64,000 bases of DNA from NCBI GenBank assembly GCA_964016885.1, contig OZ024742.1, forward strand, positions 365,366,001-365,430,000, given 5' to 3'. Shown here one piece after another: positions 1-13,732 of the stretch (positions are counted from its first letter, which is position 1; each line of letters begins with the position of its first letter). The stretch is from Eledone cirrhosa. Lineage: Eukaryota. The notes beneath the pieces were generated by a model, which was not told the DNA's origin, searched no databases, and saw only the letters and a list, made by a program, of their open reading frames with translations. Both the position numbers and the translations under genes were made by a program.

Positions 1-612
1 AAAAACACATTCACTTGTCAGAAAATATACATTCATTATCTAAGACGTTAAACTTAACCTATGCCGTGTGTATATATGTATATATATATATAGGTTTTCA
101 CAATCATTAATTCCTGGGTTAGATCCAAAATCATGGTATCTCAAACATATATAATATACCTAGTATCAAGTCATGCCTTGAGAATGAAATTGGACAGCCA
201 GCCTTGACATGTGTGATGCAGAATCTCTTTAAATAGTTACTTTAAGGACTACACATGTCTTAGTCATGTTCAGCCATTTAAACGTTAATTTATAAACCGT
301 CTGTTCTGTTGATCGTCGAAACCGACGGAGGTACATTCCAAAAAGTAAGATGAGACTCTAAAACTTTTACACAGGAGAATTATAATGACTTCAACCACAA
401 ACAAATTAAGGAAAAATTGCCGCCTTTTATCTTTTTTATTAAAGAATATATAAATATGTAAGGTGAAGTGGTGGAGTCGTTAGAATCCCTCCAAGGTCAA
501 CTTTGCTTTTCATCTTTTTGAGGTCGATAGAAAAAGTCTACTACTGGGTCGATTTCTTCCTCTATATCTCTTTCTCACTTCCTTTCCTTCATTTTCTTTC
601 TTTCTCTGGTAG

Positions 613-658
613 AAATCTGCTGAGTTCAGACCTGGAGAGATGGGCTCGACAGGCTTAA
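613..658 (+). CDS. possible terminal exon (NLLSSDLERWARQA*)
   Basis: ~55-nt polypyrimidine tract (552-607), then TAG acceptor and a short open frame to TAA. No homolog recognised. Confidence 0.2.
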
Positions 659-668
659 AATGCTCTAG

Positions 669-945
669 AAACGTCGTATATCACCACGGCACCCTTATGA
701 CTCCCCCAAATGTCGTATGTCACTATGGCACCCTTATGATTCCACTAAATGCCATATGTCACTACGACACCCTTATGGATCCACCAAAGGTATGTCACTA
801 CGTCACCCTTATGACTCCACCAAATATCGTATTTCACTATGGCACCATTATGACTCCCCCAAATGTCGTGTGTCACTACGTCACCCTTATAACTCCCCCA
901 AATGTCGTATGTCAATACGGCCCCCTTATGACTCCCCCAAACGTT
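669..945 (+). repeat. 39-bp minisatellite, ~7 copies
   Basis: Unit AAATGTCGTATGTCACTACGKCACCCTTATGACTCCCCC repeated; one unit is 36 bp. Confidence 0.95.
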
Positions 946-3219
946 ACAGGGCCACGGCTGCACAAAGATCTATAACAACATATAATATTTCCAGTGAAAG
1001 CATGTTGCGTAAGTTTTAGGATTTTCGGCTGAATATCGTAAGGTCAGGATTTTGATTCCACGCTGCCCGTTGTATACTTGAATAAGACCATTTATTGCAC
1101 GATGGTCTTGTGCACTCAGACGGAAAATATGTACCTCGAATTATAAAGGGCCAGCTTTATCACACAATATGTCATTTTGAATCTCCCTAAGAAATAAGTT
1201 ATGGGCACACGTTGCTGTATACTCTTCATGGCAACCGACGGATGTCCAAAACAACATCTATATATTAATTTCAACAATGTCAGTATTCCGTGTGTCATAA
1301 TTCTCGATTATCATTGGTTCATAGGTATCAAACGACTCCGCCCACCTCAGCGACGCCAAACTTAAATGAATATGCATAATGCCAATGAGGGAGTGAGAGG
1401 GGAGAGAGAGGCAAAGTGAACGCTGTGTTTGGAGGCACTATGTATATGTCAGTGTAGAGACGTGTGGTGTGTGGAAATAAAAGGGGAAGGAAAGCAATAA
1501 CTATTAACATGTGTGCGTGTGTATGTACGTGCGCGTATGTTTATGTGTGTGTGTGTGTGTGTGCAGCGTCCCTCAGAAAGTAAAAACTATCAACATGTGT
1601 GAGTGTGTGCGTGTGTGTAAGTGCACGGGTGCGTGTGTAAGTTTGCGTGCGTGTGCGCGTTTCCATGCGTGTACATGTGTGTACGTGTGGCATCCCACAA
1701 TCACCACGCAGTTTATCTGACTGTGTGCCTGTCTGTCAGTCTAACATACACAGAGTTCTGAAGGGAGTAAATGGGACTTTTTTTACATTGACGGACATCT
1801 TTTATATTAATTATCTATATCTATATCTACATATAATATAAAAGATTGCAACTTCCATCATCCTTTTGAGAAACGTGCAACAACCACGTCTATGCAATGA
1901 TACACGTTTTACAGTCAGGCAGAAGATGAACCATCCCATAGAGGTCACTATTCTAGGTGGGAGCACCTATAAATGTTCATATGCTATGCACAAACGGTAC
2001 AACAAAGAATCTGGTATATCTGGAAGATTTTTTTTACTGTTTTTTGTATCACACAGACACCACGGACTCGCCTCATACTGTAACCAGACATCCAATACAG
2101 TCATTTTCTCTTTTACCTGTCTTCTCTTCTTATCTGTTTACCCGGGCGAAGCTGGGTACGTCAGCTAGTATTGACTAAAGAGGGGAAACAAATTACATTT
2201 ATTATATTTACTATAGAGGAAGATTATAATGGCACCAACCAATAGCAATGAGAGGAAACTGTCACGTGTTGTATTAACGAGTGTTTGAATGTGTGACGTA
2301 CGTAGCGATTCAGATTGTAGAGATGTAACTATTAATGAACATAGCAATATGCCGGTTTAGTGTGTGTGTGTGTATGTGTTTGGTGTGTTGTGTGTACCTT
2401 TGTCTGTGTATGAGTGTGTATGTGTATGTATGTGGGTGTGTATGGGAATGGATGTGTGTGTATGTGTGTGTATGGGTATGGGTGTGTGTGTGTATGTGTA
2501 TCTAAGTCTGTGTCTTGTATAGGTGTGCACGTGTGAGTGTTAGACATCCATCAGTTTCGACGAGGAGTATTCCAGTCGTTGGAAGATCGGAACAGCCTAC
2601 TTGTGAAATGAACGTGGAAGTAGCTGAACATTCTACAGACACATGTATCATGAACCCAGTTCATGTGAGATTCAGTGAGAAACAGTACATGATAAGGCTG
2701 GGGTTTATTGGGCTTTCAATCATGAGGTTCGATTCCTGGACCGGATTATGTGTTGTGTCGTTGAGCAAGACATTTTATTTCATGTTGATCCAGTTCACTC
2801 AGCTGTAGAAATGAGTTGTGGTGTCACCTATTCCAAGCTGTATCGGCCGTTATCAATGGCATGGAGAGGCTGGTATGTATCGGTAATGGCTGGTCTTCCA
2901 CAAGCAACCTTGCCAGGGGACCTCTCTATGTGCGAATCCCATGGTCATTCATGGCCGAAGGGGTTCTTTACCCTTATTGTTCCTACCCTAGCTGAGTTAC
3001 TGTATTTTAGCGAGACCATCTCCCAGAGAATGAAACGGAAGTTGATATCGGCGGGATTTGAACGCGGAATATAAAACAACAAAAAACAGTGGAAATAATA
3101 TATAACAATAATATGTGTTTCTACTTTTGGTACAAGGCCAATAATTTGAATGGCAGGAGGAATATCCATTAAATAACCCCTAGTGCGTGACTGGTACTTT
3201 ATTTTATCCACCCCTTAAT

Positions 3220-3436
3220 AATGGTTTCTTAATAGGCACAAAGCCAGCAATTTTGGGGGAAGGGGAAAGTCGATTAAATCGACCCCAGTTCGTGACTGGT
3301 ACTTTATTTTATCGACCCCCTAAGGATGAAAGGCAAAGTTAACCTCGGCAGGATTTGAACTCAGATCATATGGGCCATAACTCTATGCTGCAAAGCATGT
3401 TGTCCGATTCTCTACCGAAACTGCCAATCCACTACC
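3220..3436 (-). mobile_element. same SINE family
   Basis: GGTACTTTATTTTATCGACCCC..AGGATGAAAGGCAAAGTTAACCTCGGCAGGATTTGAACTCAG. Further partial or older copies at ~460-550(+), 3115-3215, 4170-4320, 4470-4600, 4850-5040, 5330-5440, 5480-5600(+), 11470-11690, 13345-13530(+), 18185-18350. Confidence 0.85.
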
Positions 3437-5637
3437 CTTATCGATCCCTTAATAATGAAAGCCAAAGCTAACTAGGGCTTGAACTCAGAACATAATTTTA
3501 AACTATCGTCAGGTATTTTGTACGACGCTCTAATCATTCTTTCACTGTCTGTTTATGTCTAACATAAGCACAAGGTCACAAATAAGATGAAGAGTTCGGT
3601 CGATTAAATTGATCCCGGCTTTCTGGTATTTCGGCTCTCCTCTAGAACAGAGTTCAAATAACAGTGACTCAGCAAACAAAATGATGCGTCCTTAATCAAT
3701 GTGGGTTCCCTAGAATTCAGACTTCTGAATAGTACGGCCAAGACGTAACTGTTACATTATTTTATCGAACCTAATCCCCACCCACCCTAATTAGACAAGA
3801 TTCATAGAAATATGATTTGAAGTCAAATAAAAAAAGGGCAATAACAAAATACCACAATAAAAATGGTACTGACTTTTGTTGATAGATAGCATAAGGTGAC
3901 AAAATGTAGGACATTCCCCAAATAATAAACAGAGCCCAGTCAGGGGCAGTTTAAGTCTGTACGGGTCCACTGGCTGACAATTTCGTCAGAAGACCTTGTG
4001 TATTACTTAATGCAAAAAACATGTGAACCCTTTAAATATTGTATGGTCTCTAGCTGGCCCCTAGTTTGAAACCCTCCTACTCCCCTACTGATACCACTAT
4101 TATTTTACGAGGGATGAATCTCAAAGTTGACAATGGCAAACGAAATCCAACACCATAATAATAATAAGTTTCTCTAACATAGGCAGGAATCCAGCAATTT
4201 GGGAAAGTTATTAATATCGTCTCAAAAACTTGATCGTGACTTTATTGTATCGACCCAGTTAGTGAATTGCAAAGTTAACCTGGGCGTTAATGGAATTCAG
4301 AGCAGTGTACAACACTCTAAGAACAACCAATTCACCATCATAAAATAGAAATACAGTTGTTCTCATGCCGGGAACTGAAACCGAGCCACCTGAAATAAAA
4401 ATAACTGTTTCGTGCATAAACACGAGACCAGGCATATGGAGGAAGACGAAAGGTAGAATGAATTAATTCGATCATCAACAGGTAGTTTATTTATCAACCC
4501 TGGAAGGATAAATGTTGATGCTGACCTCAGCGGGTTTTGATGTAAAAGGGCGAAGAGTAAGTATAAATACTTAAATCGCACACTATAACGGGTGGTTCTA
4601 TTTTATGGAGCCATTTCACTGCCAAATTGTAACATAGTCCCCATATATGGGACAGAGACCACTTTGGTGAAAGTCAATACAAATATAACCCCCGTTGAAC
4701 TCAGAGCCTAAACAAGCTGTAGTAATCAACATAATGATACAATTTCTCCCGCTTTTTTGTTTAAGTGAGGATAGCAAAGATATTTAAGGAGAGAATAAGA
4801 AATAGAAAGTAGAATCCGGCAGTGATACGACAATATTAACAACAATAAGTTTAGTAATATGGCCAGCAATTTGGAGGAGGAAGAAGTCGATTTAAATCTA
4901 CCTCAGCATTAGACTGGTATTTTATTTTAATAGACCCTGGAAAAGGGTAAGGCATATTTGACCTGAGAAGAATTTGAACTCCGAACGTAGAGACGTGACT
5001 AAATATGCAATAGCAATTTAAACGATTGTATCAATTCTACGAATGAACAAGCCTAAAGCAACAACAACAACAACAATTTTAATAACATCTACTACAACAA
5101 CGTCAACATCAATGATATTAATAATGGCTTCTGATGTAGGTAAAAAGCAAGCAACATTTGGTATGGCTAAAGTTGACCTTACCGGGATTTGAACTAATGA
5201 GAACAAATACTAGAATAGCATTTTATGACATTTCATCAATTTGTTCCCATCCCCAGAAACAATAATACCAACAAGAACAGAGACAAGAGCCACAATAAAT
5301 TGAACAACTACTACAACAATACCAAGGCGGGTAGGGAACAGTTGATTATATCGAACCAGTACATAACTGGTACATTATTTTATCGACCCCGAAAGATGAA
5401 AGGTAATGTTAACCTGAGCGGGATTTGAACTGAGAATATAAAGAAACAACAACAACAATAACAATAACCATAAGGGAGGGTGGTGGATTGGTAGAGCGAT
5501 GGACAACAGGTTAGGTGACATAGAGTTACGGCCCTTTATGTTCTGAGTTCAAATCCCACCGAAGTTCGCTTTGTCTTTCATCATTATGGGGTCGAAAAAG
5601 TTATAATGATGTTTCGGAATTTCGCTTCCCCGAAACG

Positions 5638-5728
5638 TGGTCTTGGTTTCACCCAGTACTATACTTGGTCTTGGTTTCACCCAGTACTATACTTGGTCTT
5701 GGTTTCACCCAGTACTATACTTGGTCTT
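5638..5728 (+). repeat. 28-bp tandem repeat x3
   Basis: TGGTCTTGGTTTCACCCAGTACTATACT repeated exactly. Confidence 0.9.
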
Positions 5729-6067
5729 GTATCTTACAGTCTCCAGCTGATGGGCAATTTTATTGGCGTAAACTGCAGACACCCGTCTCATATGTGTGTG
5801 TGTATGTGTGTGTGTCGCGGGTGATGTCCGTTTTTAGGTTTGTGTCTGTGTTGAAGTCCCAAATAGTTTGTCAAGCAGCGAGCGATCAAAGAGATACCAG
5901 TGGTAAGTCGTGTGATATATAGGGTTGTATGAAGGCGGTGCCTCGGCTGGCCGCAGTCTAATGACTGAAACAAGTGAAATACTACAGTGTACATGAGGAT
6001 CTTACAACAATAACAACACTTATAACTACAATAAAAACGACAACAACAATAACAAGAATATCAATAA

Positions 6068-6205
6068 ATGTTTCTTATATAGGCGCAAGGCCAGCAATTT
6101 GGGGGCAGGGGAAAGTCGATTAAACCGACCCCAGTGCCTGACTGGTACTTTATTTTATCGACCCCGTAAGGATGAAAGGCAAAGTTAACCTCAGCGGGAT
6201 TTGAA
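6068..6205 (-). mobile_element. same SINE family (5'-truncated)
   Basis: Same diagnostic body sequence. Confidence 0.85.
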
Positions 6206-6466
6206 TAATAATAGTAATAATAGGGTTACATACCTCGGAGTGTGGATTGTGATAGAGCTGTGGTGAAACAGTAATAACTGAGTAAATTCATATAAAATAG
6301 TAGTTCGACCCCATATAGGGGTAACATAGACGGCGTCTTCCTCTCCATCATAATAATAACATTAATCATCATCATCGACGATAATGGCAAGGAAAACAGC
6401 AGTGACAGCAGTAGCAGCAGTACATCCCAGATAATATATATATATATATAGTAAATATATAATAAT

Positions 6467-6520
<54 letters not shown>

Positions 6521-6662
6521 CAAATAACTTCCTTCTGTCGCCCGTTACTGGTGTTGTTGTTATTCAAGTCGTTGTTTTATCCCTTTTGTTGTTATTTTTT
6601 TTACTCAACTTGTTCGTGTGTTTGTTTGTTTGTTTGTTTTCTTTTTGTGTTGGTTTATTTTT

Positions 6663-6745
6663 TTAGTAAAGTGCGGTGGCGGCGAAGGTGGAGGCGGTGC
6701 CGCGGGTTTTTGCCCTCACCATCGAGTCATTAGTACGATACATCC
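6663..6745 (-). CDS. possible terminal coding exon (..MYRTNDSMVRAKTRGTASTFAATALY*) of an unidentified gene
   Basis: Unique GC/CpG-rich island with a pyrimidine-rich tract and CAG acceptor on the minus strand, open to TAA. No homolog recognised. Confidence 0.25.
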
Positions 6746-6873
6746 CTGGTGTAAGGTCGGAATTGGTGGAGGTGTGGCGGGAAAACGAACGATAGCGCAC
6801 GGAAAAAAAAGAGAGTTGGTATTGTGTGTCCCCTCCATATATATATATATATATATACGCAACTATATATATA

Positions 6874-6920
<47 letters not shown>

Positions 6921-7035
6921 ATATGTATATACCAACACACAGACACACGCGCTCTATCTTGCAGATAGTAAATTCAATAAACGAATAGAACGTTGTGTGT
7001 ATTTACGTGTGTATAAGCGTGTGTGCATATCTATG

Positions 7036-7069
<34 letters not shown>

Positions 7070-7347
7070 TGTATGTATGTATGTATGTATGTATGTATGT
7101 ATGTATGTATGTATGTATGTGTCTATATGTATATATTGGTAAATGAGTATATTTTTCTATATGTAGGATGTGCTTTTGTAACTGTGATATATATGCGACA
7201 TATATCTGTTTCTACGAGGCATATTTATAAACATGATTCTCAGAAATGTGTTTGTGTGTATTTGTATGTATATATGTATGTATTAGTTTGTGTGTGTACG
7301 TGTGTAGGATTGTATATATTTATGTATGTGTTTTTGTGTGTGTACTC

Positions 7348-7486
7348 TACTCAGGTATGTATGTAGCAATGTATATATGTGTGTATGTATGTATGTGTTT
7401 ATGTGTGTGTACTCAGGTATGTATGTAGCAATGTATATATGTGTGTATGCATGTATGTGTTTATGTGTGTGTACTCAGGTATGTAG
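7348..7486 (+). repeat. 62-bp tandem repeat (~2.2 copies) within TATG microsatellite
   Basis: ACTCAGGTATGTA recurs at ~7349, 7411 and 7473. Confidence 0.8.
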
Positions 7487-7527
7487 GAATGCATGTCTAA
7501 TGGAAGTATGTGTGTATATATGTTTAC

Positions 7528-7561
7528 ATCGCTTCAACACACACCGTATGGTGGTGTACAT
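7528..7561 (-). CDS. possible 34-nt exon (MYTTIRCVLKR+T), phase-compatible with 6663-6745
   Basis: Long minus-strand polypyrimidine tract and GGCAG acceptor, with a T|GTAAAC donor. Confidence 0.2.
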
Positions 7562-9298
7562 CTGCCGACCGTCGAAAAAAAAGGGGTGGGGGGCAAGAAC
7601 GGAAAAAGTAAAGCAGAGTAGAGTAGCCGGGGTTGGTCCTCTTTGGATCCACCCACAGACGTTTGGCTTGCTAAGTCTTTAAGAGAGACTACCGGTGCTG
7701 ATGTTTGCTAACGTAATATAGGTAAGTATCCTTACATTATACTGCCATACACACACATACATAGACACACAGTTCTACTAATACACACACACACACAACT
7801 ACGTATTTTACTAGTGTCGATGTATTTCAACGCTGTGTCTGTGTGTCTACATGTTTTTGTGTTTAATAAGCAATCGGTGGCATATACACATATATACACG
7901 CGTATGAACGTGTCTGTGTATATATATATATATATATATAATGCGTGTGTATGTATATATGTATGGTGTATGTATGTATGTATGTATATATGCGTGTGTG
8001 TGAGTGTGTATATATGTAAATATATATATGCGTGTGTATGTATGTATATATGTATGGTGTATGTGTCTATGTATATATATGCGTGTGTATGTATGTATAT
8101 ATGCGTGTGTGTGTGTATATATAAATATATATATGCGCGTGTATGTATATATGTATGGTGTATGTGTCTATGTATATATATATATATGTATATATATACG
8201 TGTGTGTGTATAAAGAGAGGGGGGGAAGAGAGAGATGACGCGTGCGTATGTACGAGAAAGTGTGCTAATTATGTAATGAACTGCTTCTACGGAGTGTGTG
8301 TATATATATTAGAATGTGTGAGGTATATGTGTGTATATATATATTGGTGTATGCATGAGTGAATGTGTTGGGGTGTGTGTGAGTGCAGTGTTCTGTGTAT
8401 GTGTATGTATTCATGGAAATGTACGCTCCGCGCCAATTCCTCAATAACTATATATGAGGATTCTTACATGTGTGTGTGTGTATGCGCGCGCGCGTGTGTG
8501 TGTGTGCACGATTGTGTGTGTGTGTCCGCGTGATTGTGTGTGTGTGTGTGTCCGCACGAATGTGTGTGTGTGTGCGCGCACGATTGTTTGTGTGTATGTG
8601 TGTGTGTGTGTGTCAGCACGATTGTGTATATGTCTAGTTCAATATATCTGCATGAGTCTTCGATTATGTGTGTAGGAGTGTGCGTAGTACAGTATATGTC
8701 TGTGTGTGTGTGTGTCTTTCTGTGTGTGTGTATGTCTGTGTGTTTGCGTGTTTGTGTGTGTGTTTCAGAAAGATACTAATTATGTGAATATATGCTGCAG
8801 TGTGTGTGTGTATATAACCTCCACACACAGAGATGTGTGTGTATGTGTGTCTTTTGTACGAATACTTGTGTGTTGGGTCCTCTCTCTAACTCTACATACT
8901 GTTGTATATGTGGAGTTACAGTATGTAAGTGTGTGTCTCTACACACTTACACACTTGTGTGTACACATCTATATATGTGTATATGTTGGCTCCTCTCTCT
9001 AACTCTACATACAGTTGTATATGTGGAGTTATAATATTTCTGATTAACTGCATGTAAATGTGTCTGTACTGTACACACTTACACGCATGTGTGTACACAT
9101 CTATATATGTGTATGTGTTGGCCCAAGTTTCTTGAGGGTATCCGCGTAGAAGGACGTGTGAAAGCCCACTTTGAGGCGGGGTAGATTAATTTAAAGGGCC
9201 AGCCGTGTCACACAGACCCCGTCTCAAGGGTCTTCAGGTAAATGATTGAACACCTGGGAAATACCTCCTAGAAACTGACGGAGGATCTATTTACCACA

Positions 9299-9354
<56 letters not shown>

Positions 9355-9863
9355 GAGAGAGAGAAAGACAGAGAGTGAAATAGATATGCGTTTGTGTACG
9401 CAAGCATGTGTCTGTCTGTGTGTATGTGTGAGTGTGTGCGGTGAGTGAGAGATGAATAGGGGGAGATGTGTTTGTGTACACACACACGTGTGTGTGTGTG
9501 TTTGTGTATGTGTGTGCAGAGGGAGAGAAAAAGAGAGATGTGTTTATTGATACTTGTTTACATGTGTCCGTATGTATTTGATAGAGAGACAATGTAAGGT
9601 GAGAGGGGCATATAGACAGATAGAGAGAGGGAGAGGAGGAGAGGTAGAGAGAGAGGAGGAGAGAGAGAGAGAGGGATAGATGGAGAGCTGGAAAGAGGTA
9701 GAGATGGAGAGAGGGAGAGGTGAAGAGAGGGAGAGTTGGAGAGAGAGAGAGAGGGAGAGAGAGAGATGTGAAGAGAGGGAGAGAGCTAGGAGAGAAATTG
9801 CAATAGCATGTGTAGATGATTGTGTATCAATGTCTCCGTATGTGTCAGTTTGAATATATACTA

Positions 9864-9905
<42 letters not shown>

Positions 9906-10602
9906 GTGTGTGTGTGAGTGTGTATATTTGCGTGTGTGTATGTGACAGGGGATGTGCAAATAGATTGGCTATTTATGTGTTTATGTGTGTAATAATATAT
10001 TTAGCTGTTTATATTTGTTTTGGGTGGGTGTATTGGGGGGTGCGGGGGGTTGTGCGCGAGGGGTGGGGTGTGGGAGGATTATGTGGGGGGTGCTGGGCAT
10101 TGTGTGTGGAGGTGAGGGGCGTTGTGTGCGGGGGTGGTCTGTTCTACGTGTGTTTTGGGTGTGTATGTCTATGTATATGTGTGGTCATGTGTGTGTGTGT
10201 CTATGTGTGGTCATGTGTGTGTGTGTGTCTATGTGTGTGTCATGTGTGTCTGTGTGTCTGTGTGGTCATGTGTGTGTGTGTGTGTGTCTATGTGTGGTCA
10301 TGTGTGTCTGTGTGTCTGTGTGGTCATGTGTGTGTGTGTGTGTGTCTATGTGTGGTCATGTGTGTGTCTATGTGTGTGTGTGTCTATGTGTGTGTGTATG
10401 TCTATGTGTGTATTTTTACAATTCCCTGCCTGTGTTTCCTTACATTCCTTAGCGAGTTTCTCTTCCTATAGGCATGTATTATTTTTCAGTGTTCAGACAT
10501 TAGGGAGCGGCCCTGCTACGGCACTGCCTTCATGAAATTCATCATAAAAATCCAGTACTTTTTTTAAAGTTCCGTAATTATTTTAAACCGCTAAACACAC
10601 AC

Positions 10603-10662
<60 letters not shown>

Positions 10663-11213
10663 TATATATATGTATCTATGTATGCATATATAATGTCTAT
10701 AGTCGATCTAGTCAATATCATATAGAACTCTGTCCCTAACAACTCCCTTTGGTCTATGAAATAGAGTCAATATATTTTAAAAGCCTATATTTAGGCTAAG
10801 ATAACCCCAACAAAGAATAATAAGGCTGAAAAGAGAGTTCTGATACTCTGGAGTTTCGCCTGTTTATTCTCTGATGACCCTGTGATAAACTGGTGAAATT
10901 CCAGATTAACAAGACTCAATCATTAATATTATTGGATATTAAAACTCTACTTCGGTATTGAGTACATCTTTCTCTCAACCGTTAACCACATGCGGATATA
11001 TATATAGAGATATTTCTACCTGGAGTTGCAACCGATAGACAGTATTAGCAACTGGAAAGACCAACGGAAACAGTGTTTCCTCGGTCCGATTTGGCGAAAG
11101 TCGATCGACTGTTGATATATATGTAACATCTTTCTGAAGCGTCCGTTTACTGAATTCCACTTAGAAGGATTGCTCAAATTTAGGTAATATTAGACATTTA
11201 TCCAAGGCACAAC

Positions 11214-11311
11214 GGGCCTGAACCCTGACCCAGCTGGCCTGAACCCTGACCCACGTGCTTGTGAACCCTGACCCAGCGGGCCTGAACCCTGACCCACGTG
11301 CTTGTGAACCC
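11214..11311 (+). repeat. short tandem repeat of TGAACCCTGACCCA with alternating tails
   Basis: Four to five units, alternating ...GCTGGCC / ...CGTGCTTG. Confidence 0.8.
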
Positions 11312-11955
11312 TTCAAACACACTGTTATATCTGCACTATATATCTATATATTATAAGTTATTTGTCTCTTGTTTGCTACATGGACGCTGGATGAAGGCGA
11401 TATAATAGGAACAAAGTTTAGGGGTTTACCTGAAATTTACATAATGAGAATATGTGTTAAAAAGGAAACAATTTTCAAACTCAGGCACATGTCCAGCAAT
11501 TTGTTAGGGCAGGGCAATCAATTAAATCGACCTCAGTAGATTACTGGTATTTTATAATTTATCGACCCTGGAAAGATAAAATAAACAAAGCTGTCCTCGG
11601 TGTGATTTGAACTCAGAACATAAAGAGTCGGAACTGGATACTGGAAAATATTTTGTCTGACGCTCTAACGATTCTGACATTCCACTGCCATAAAACAAAA
11701 CATAACAATGGTTTCTTATATAGACAGAATTGCAGCGAAGGGGAAGGGAACCTCGGATGAGTTAAGGCAGCTGCAATGTACAGAGCCTAACTAGAGTAGA
11801 ATCGACTTCACTGTTGCAGTATATGTACCAACTTTATTGGCATATTACAATTGTTTCGATATCGATCAGGTTACAATCAAGATGACGTAGCGGACTCTTC
11901 TTCGACATCTCGTCAGATATGCAAGTTTATGCCCAAAGATATATAATATATATAT

Positions 11956-12037
<82 letters not shown>

Positions 12038-12042
<5 letters not shown>

Positions 12043-12605
12043 TTAAGGATACTATTTATGGTTATGTATATAAAACCTTTTATAGTTATATATATATATT
12101 AAACCCCAAATAGTGAAAGACAGTAATTTATTACTACCTTATTACCAGTAAGATAAATAGCTCAATGTAATAACATCAGTTGTTCTACAGAGCAGTTATA
12201 TAGAATTCACATGAATCAAAGTTCTGTTTAAACCATTTATTCGCTTACAATTGTTTCTTCCAAACCGAGGTTTGGAGTCTTCGGAGCAATTTTTCAATGA
12301 TTTTTTACATACATGACCTCCTTTCCAACACAAGAGACATACAGAAACATATGTATATATTGATGCACAGTGGGTTGACATCCATTATAATATTTTAACA
12401 TGGCAATTTACATTCAAAGATTAAAGTCATATTAAAAAAAAACAAAATTAAAGTTTAAATACAACATTGGCAGTTTACGAAGATAATGCAAGATGATAGT
12501 TAGAAGTAGTTAGTGTATGCAATAGTTACACGTGGGGCATGCACGTGTGTCTTATTTATATAAGATTATAGTGCGGCAGGGTGTTATATGTAATACAAGC
12601 AATAT
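12038..12605 (-). mobile_element. (TA)n-inserted non-coding repeat, probable solo PLE pLTR, copy 1
   Basis: Homologous over ~550 bp to 29998-30573. Flanked by long (TA)n and contains an HHR motif on the minus strand. Confidence 0.7.
12243..12287 (-). ncRNA. minimal hammerhead-like motif with CCGAAGA core variant
   Basis: Minus strand reads GCT-CCGAAGA-C-TCCAAAC-CTCG-GTTTGGA-A-GAAA-CAATTG-TA^AGC. It has a 7-bp stem II, a palindromic CAATTG stem III and stem I GCT/AGC. Confidence 0.6.
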
Positions 12606-12614
12606 ATAAATATA

Positions 12615-12784
<170 letters not shown>

Positions 12785-13105
12785 AGCATTTATGGGTATG
12801 TCTGCTAATATATCCGCTTATCGATTGTTTAATGTTAGCTGTATTAATCTTTGTTGATGACCACAATTGATTTGTGAGATATATCAATAATTTTGATGCC
12901 TTTTATTTGATGATCGTTAAATGGCTGATGAATTTTTTCGATTACGTCACTTCAATGGCGGATTCCACAGAGAAATACTCCACAACTGATTAGTAGCACA
13001 TGGGTGAATCACCTGCTATTGGGATTTCACTTACTAAAATTTCACTCCCAACTAATTAGTTTCTGAAAGGGAATAAATATACTTTCCGAAGAAAATATAG
13101 AGATA

Positions 13106-13184
13106 TACTGGGTGTTTCCCGAAAATGTATACCCACTTCAGCACCATTCTAATAAACGGGTTTATACATTTGGGACACTCTGTA
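13106..13184. mobile_element. tiny Tc1/mariner-like MITE remnant
   Basis: Imperfect TIRs TACTGGGTGTTTCCCGAAAATGTATACCC / GGGTTTATACATTTGGGACACTCTGTA, with TA at both ends. Confidence 0.45.
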
Positions 13185-13732
13185 TATGTGTATTTATATA
13201 TATATATATATATACAAGTTTATCCCGGGTTCAATCGGGGGTAACCACAGTAAGTCAGGTACTGAATACATAACAGAGTATAACTATTGAATATAGAAAT
13301 GGCTTCTACAGGACTAGAACTGTTGCATTCGGGAGAAATCAACAGGGCGGTGGATTGGCACAATCGATATCGCGTCGGACAACCTGTATCGCAGCATGTA
13401 GTTACGGCCCTTTACGTTCTGATTTCAAATCATGTAAGAATTAGCTTTGCATTTCATCCTTACGCGGTCGATTTAATTGACTTTCCCTCCCTCAAAACTG
13501 TTCACCTTGTGCCTAAATCAGAAACCATTATCTACCTCGCTCTCTCTTTTTTTTTCGAATATTAATAATTGTTTCTACTTTAGGCACAAGGCCAGCAATT
13601 AACCAGTGCATTACTGGTACTAATAATATTTGATTCCTTTGCAATTTTGCATAAGAGCAAGAATGAAGTGCTCATTCTACTGACATGGCTTGTTTGTAAA
13701 TTTGCAAACGAATCGAATGTTATTATTAATAT

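Larger units (their letters stand above)
6820..10680. repeat. dense compound microsatellite field ((TG)n, (TA)n, (TATG)n, (GA)n, GTGGTCATGT(GT)n minisatellite)
   Basis: Seen directly. Similar pure tracts occur throughout 1.5-35.8 kb, e.g. 12620-12780, 17570-17765, 19390-19590, 29560-29995. Confidence 0.95.

Noticed and set aside
5730-5790. Exon after TCTTACAG (SPADGQFYWRKLQTP)
   Set aside because: It lies in what looks like an old SINE-like repeat ending in GAAGGCGGTG..GGCCGCAGTC.AATGACTGAAACAAG (~5930-5975), with a related tail at ~17925-17970; there is no convincing donor.
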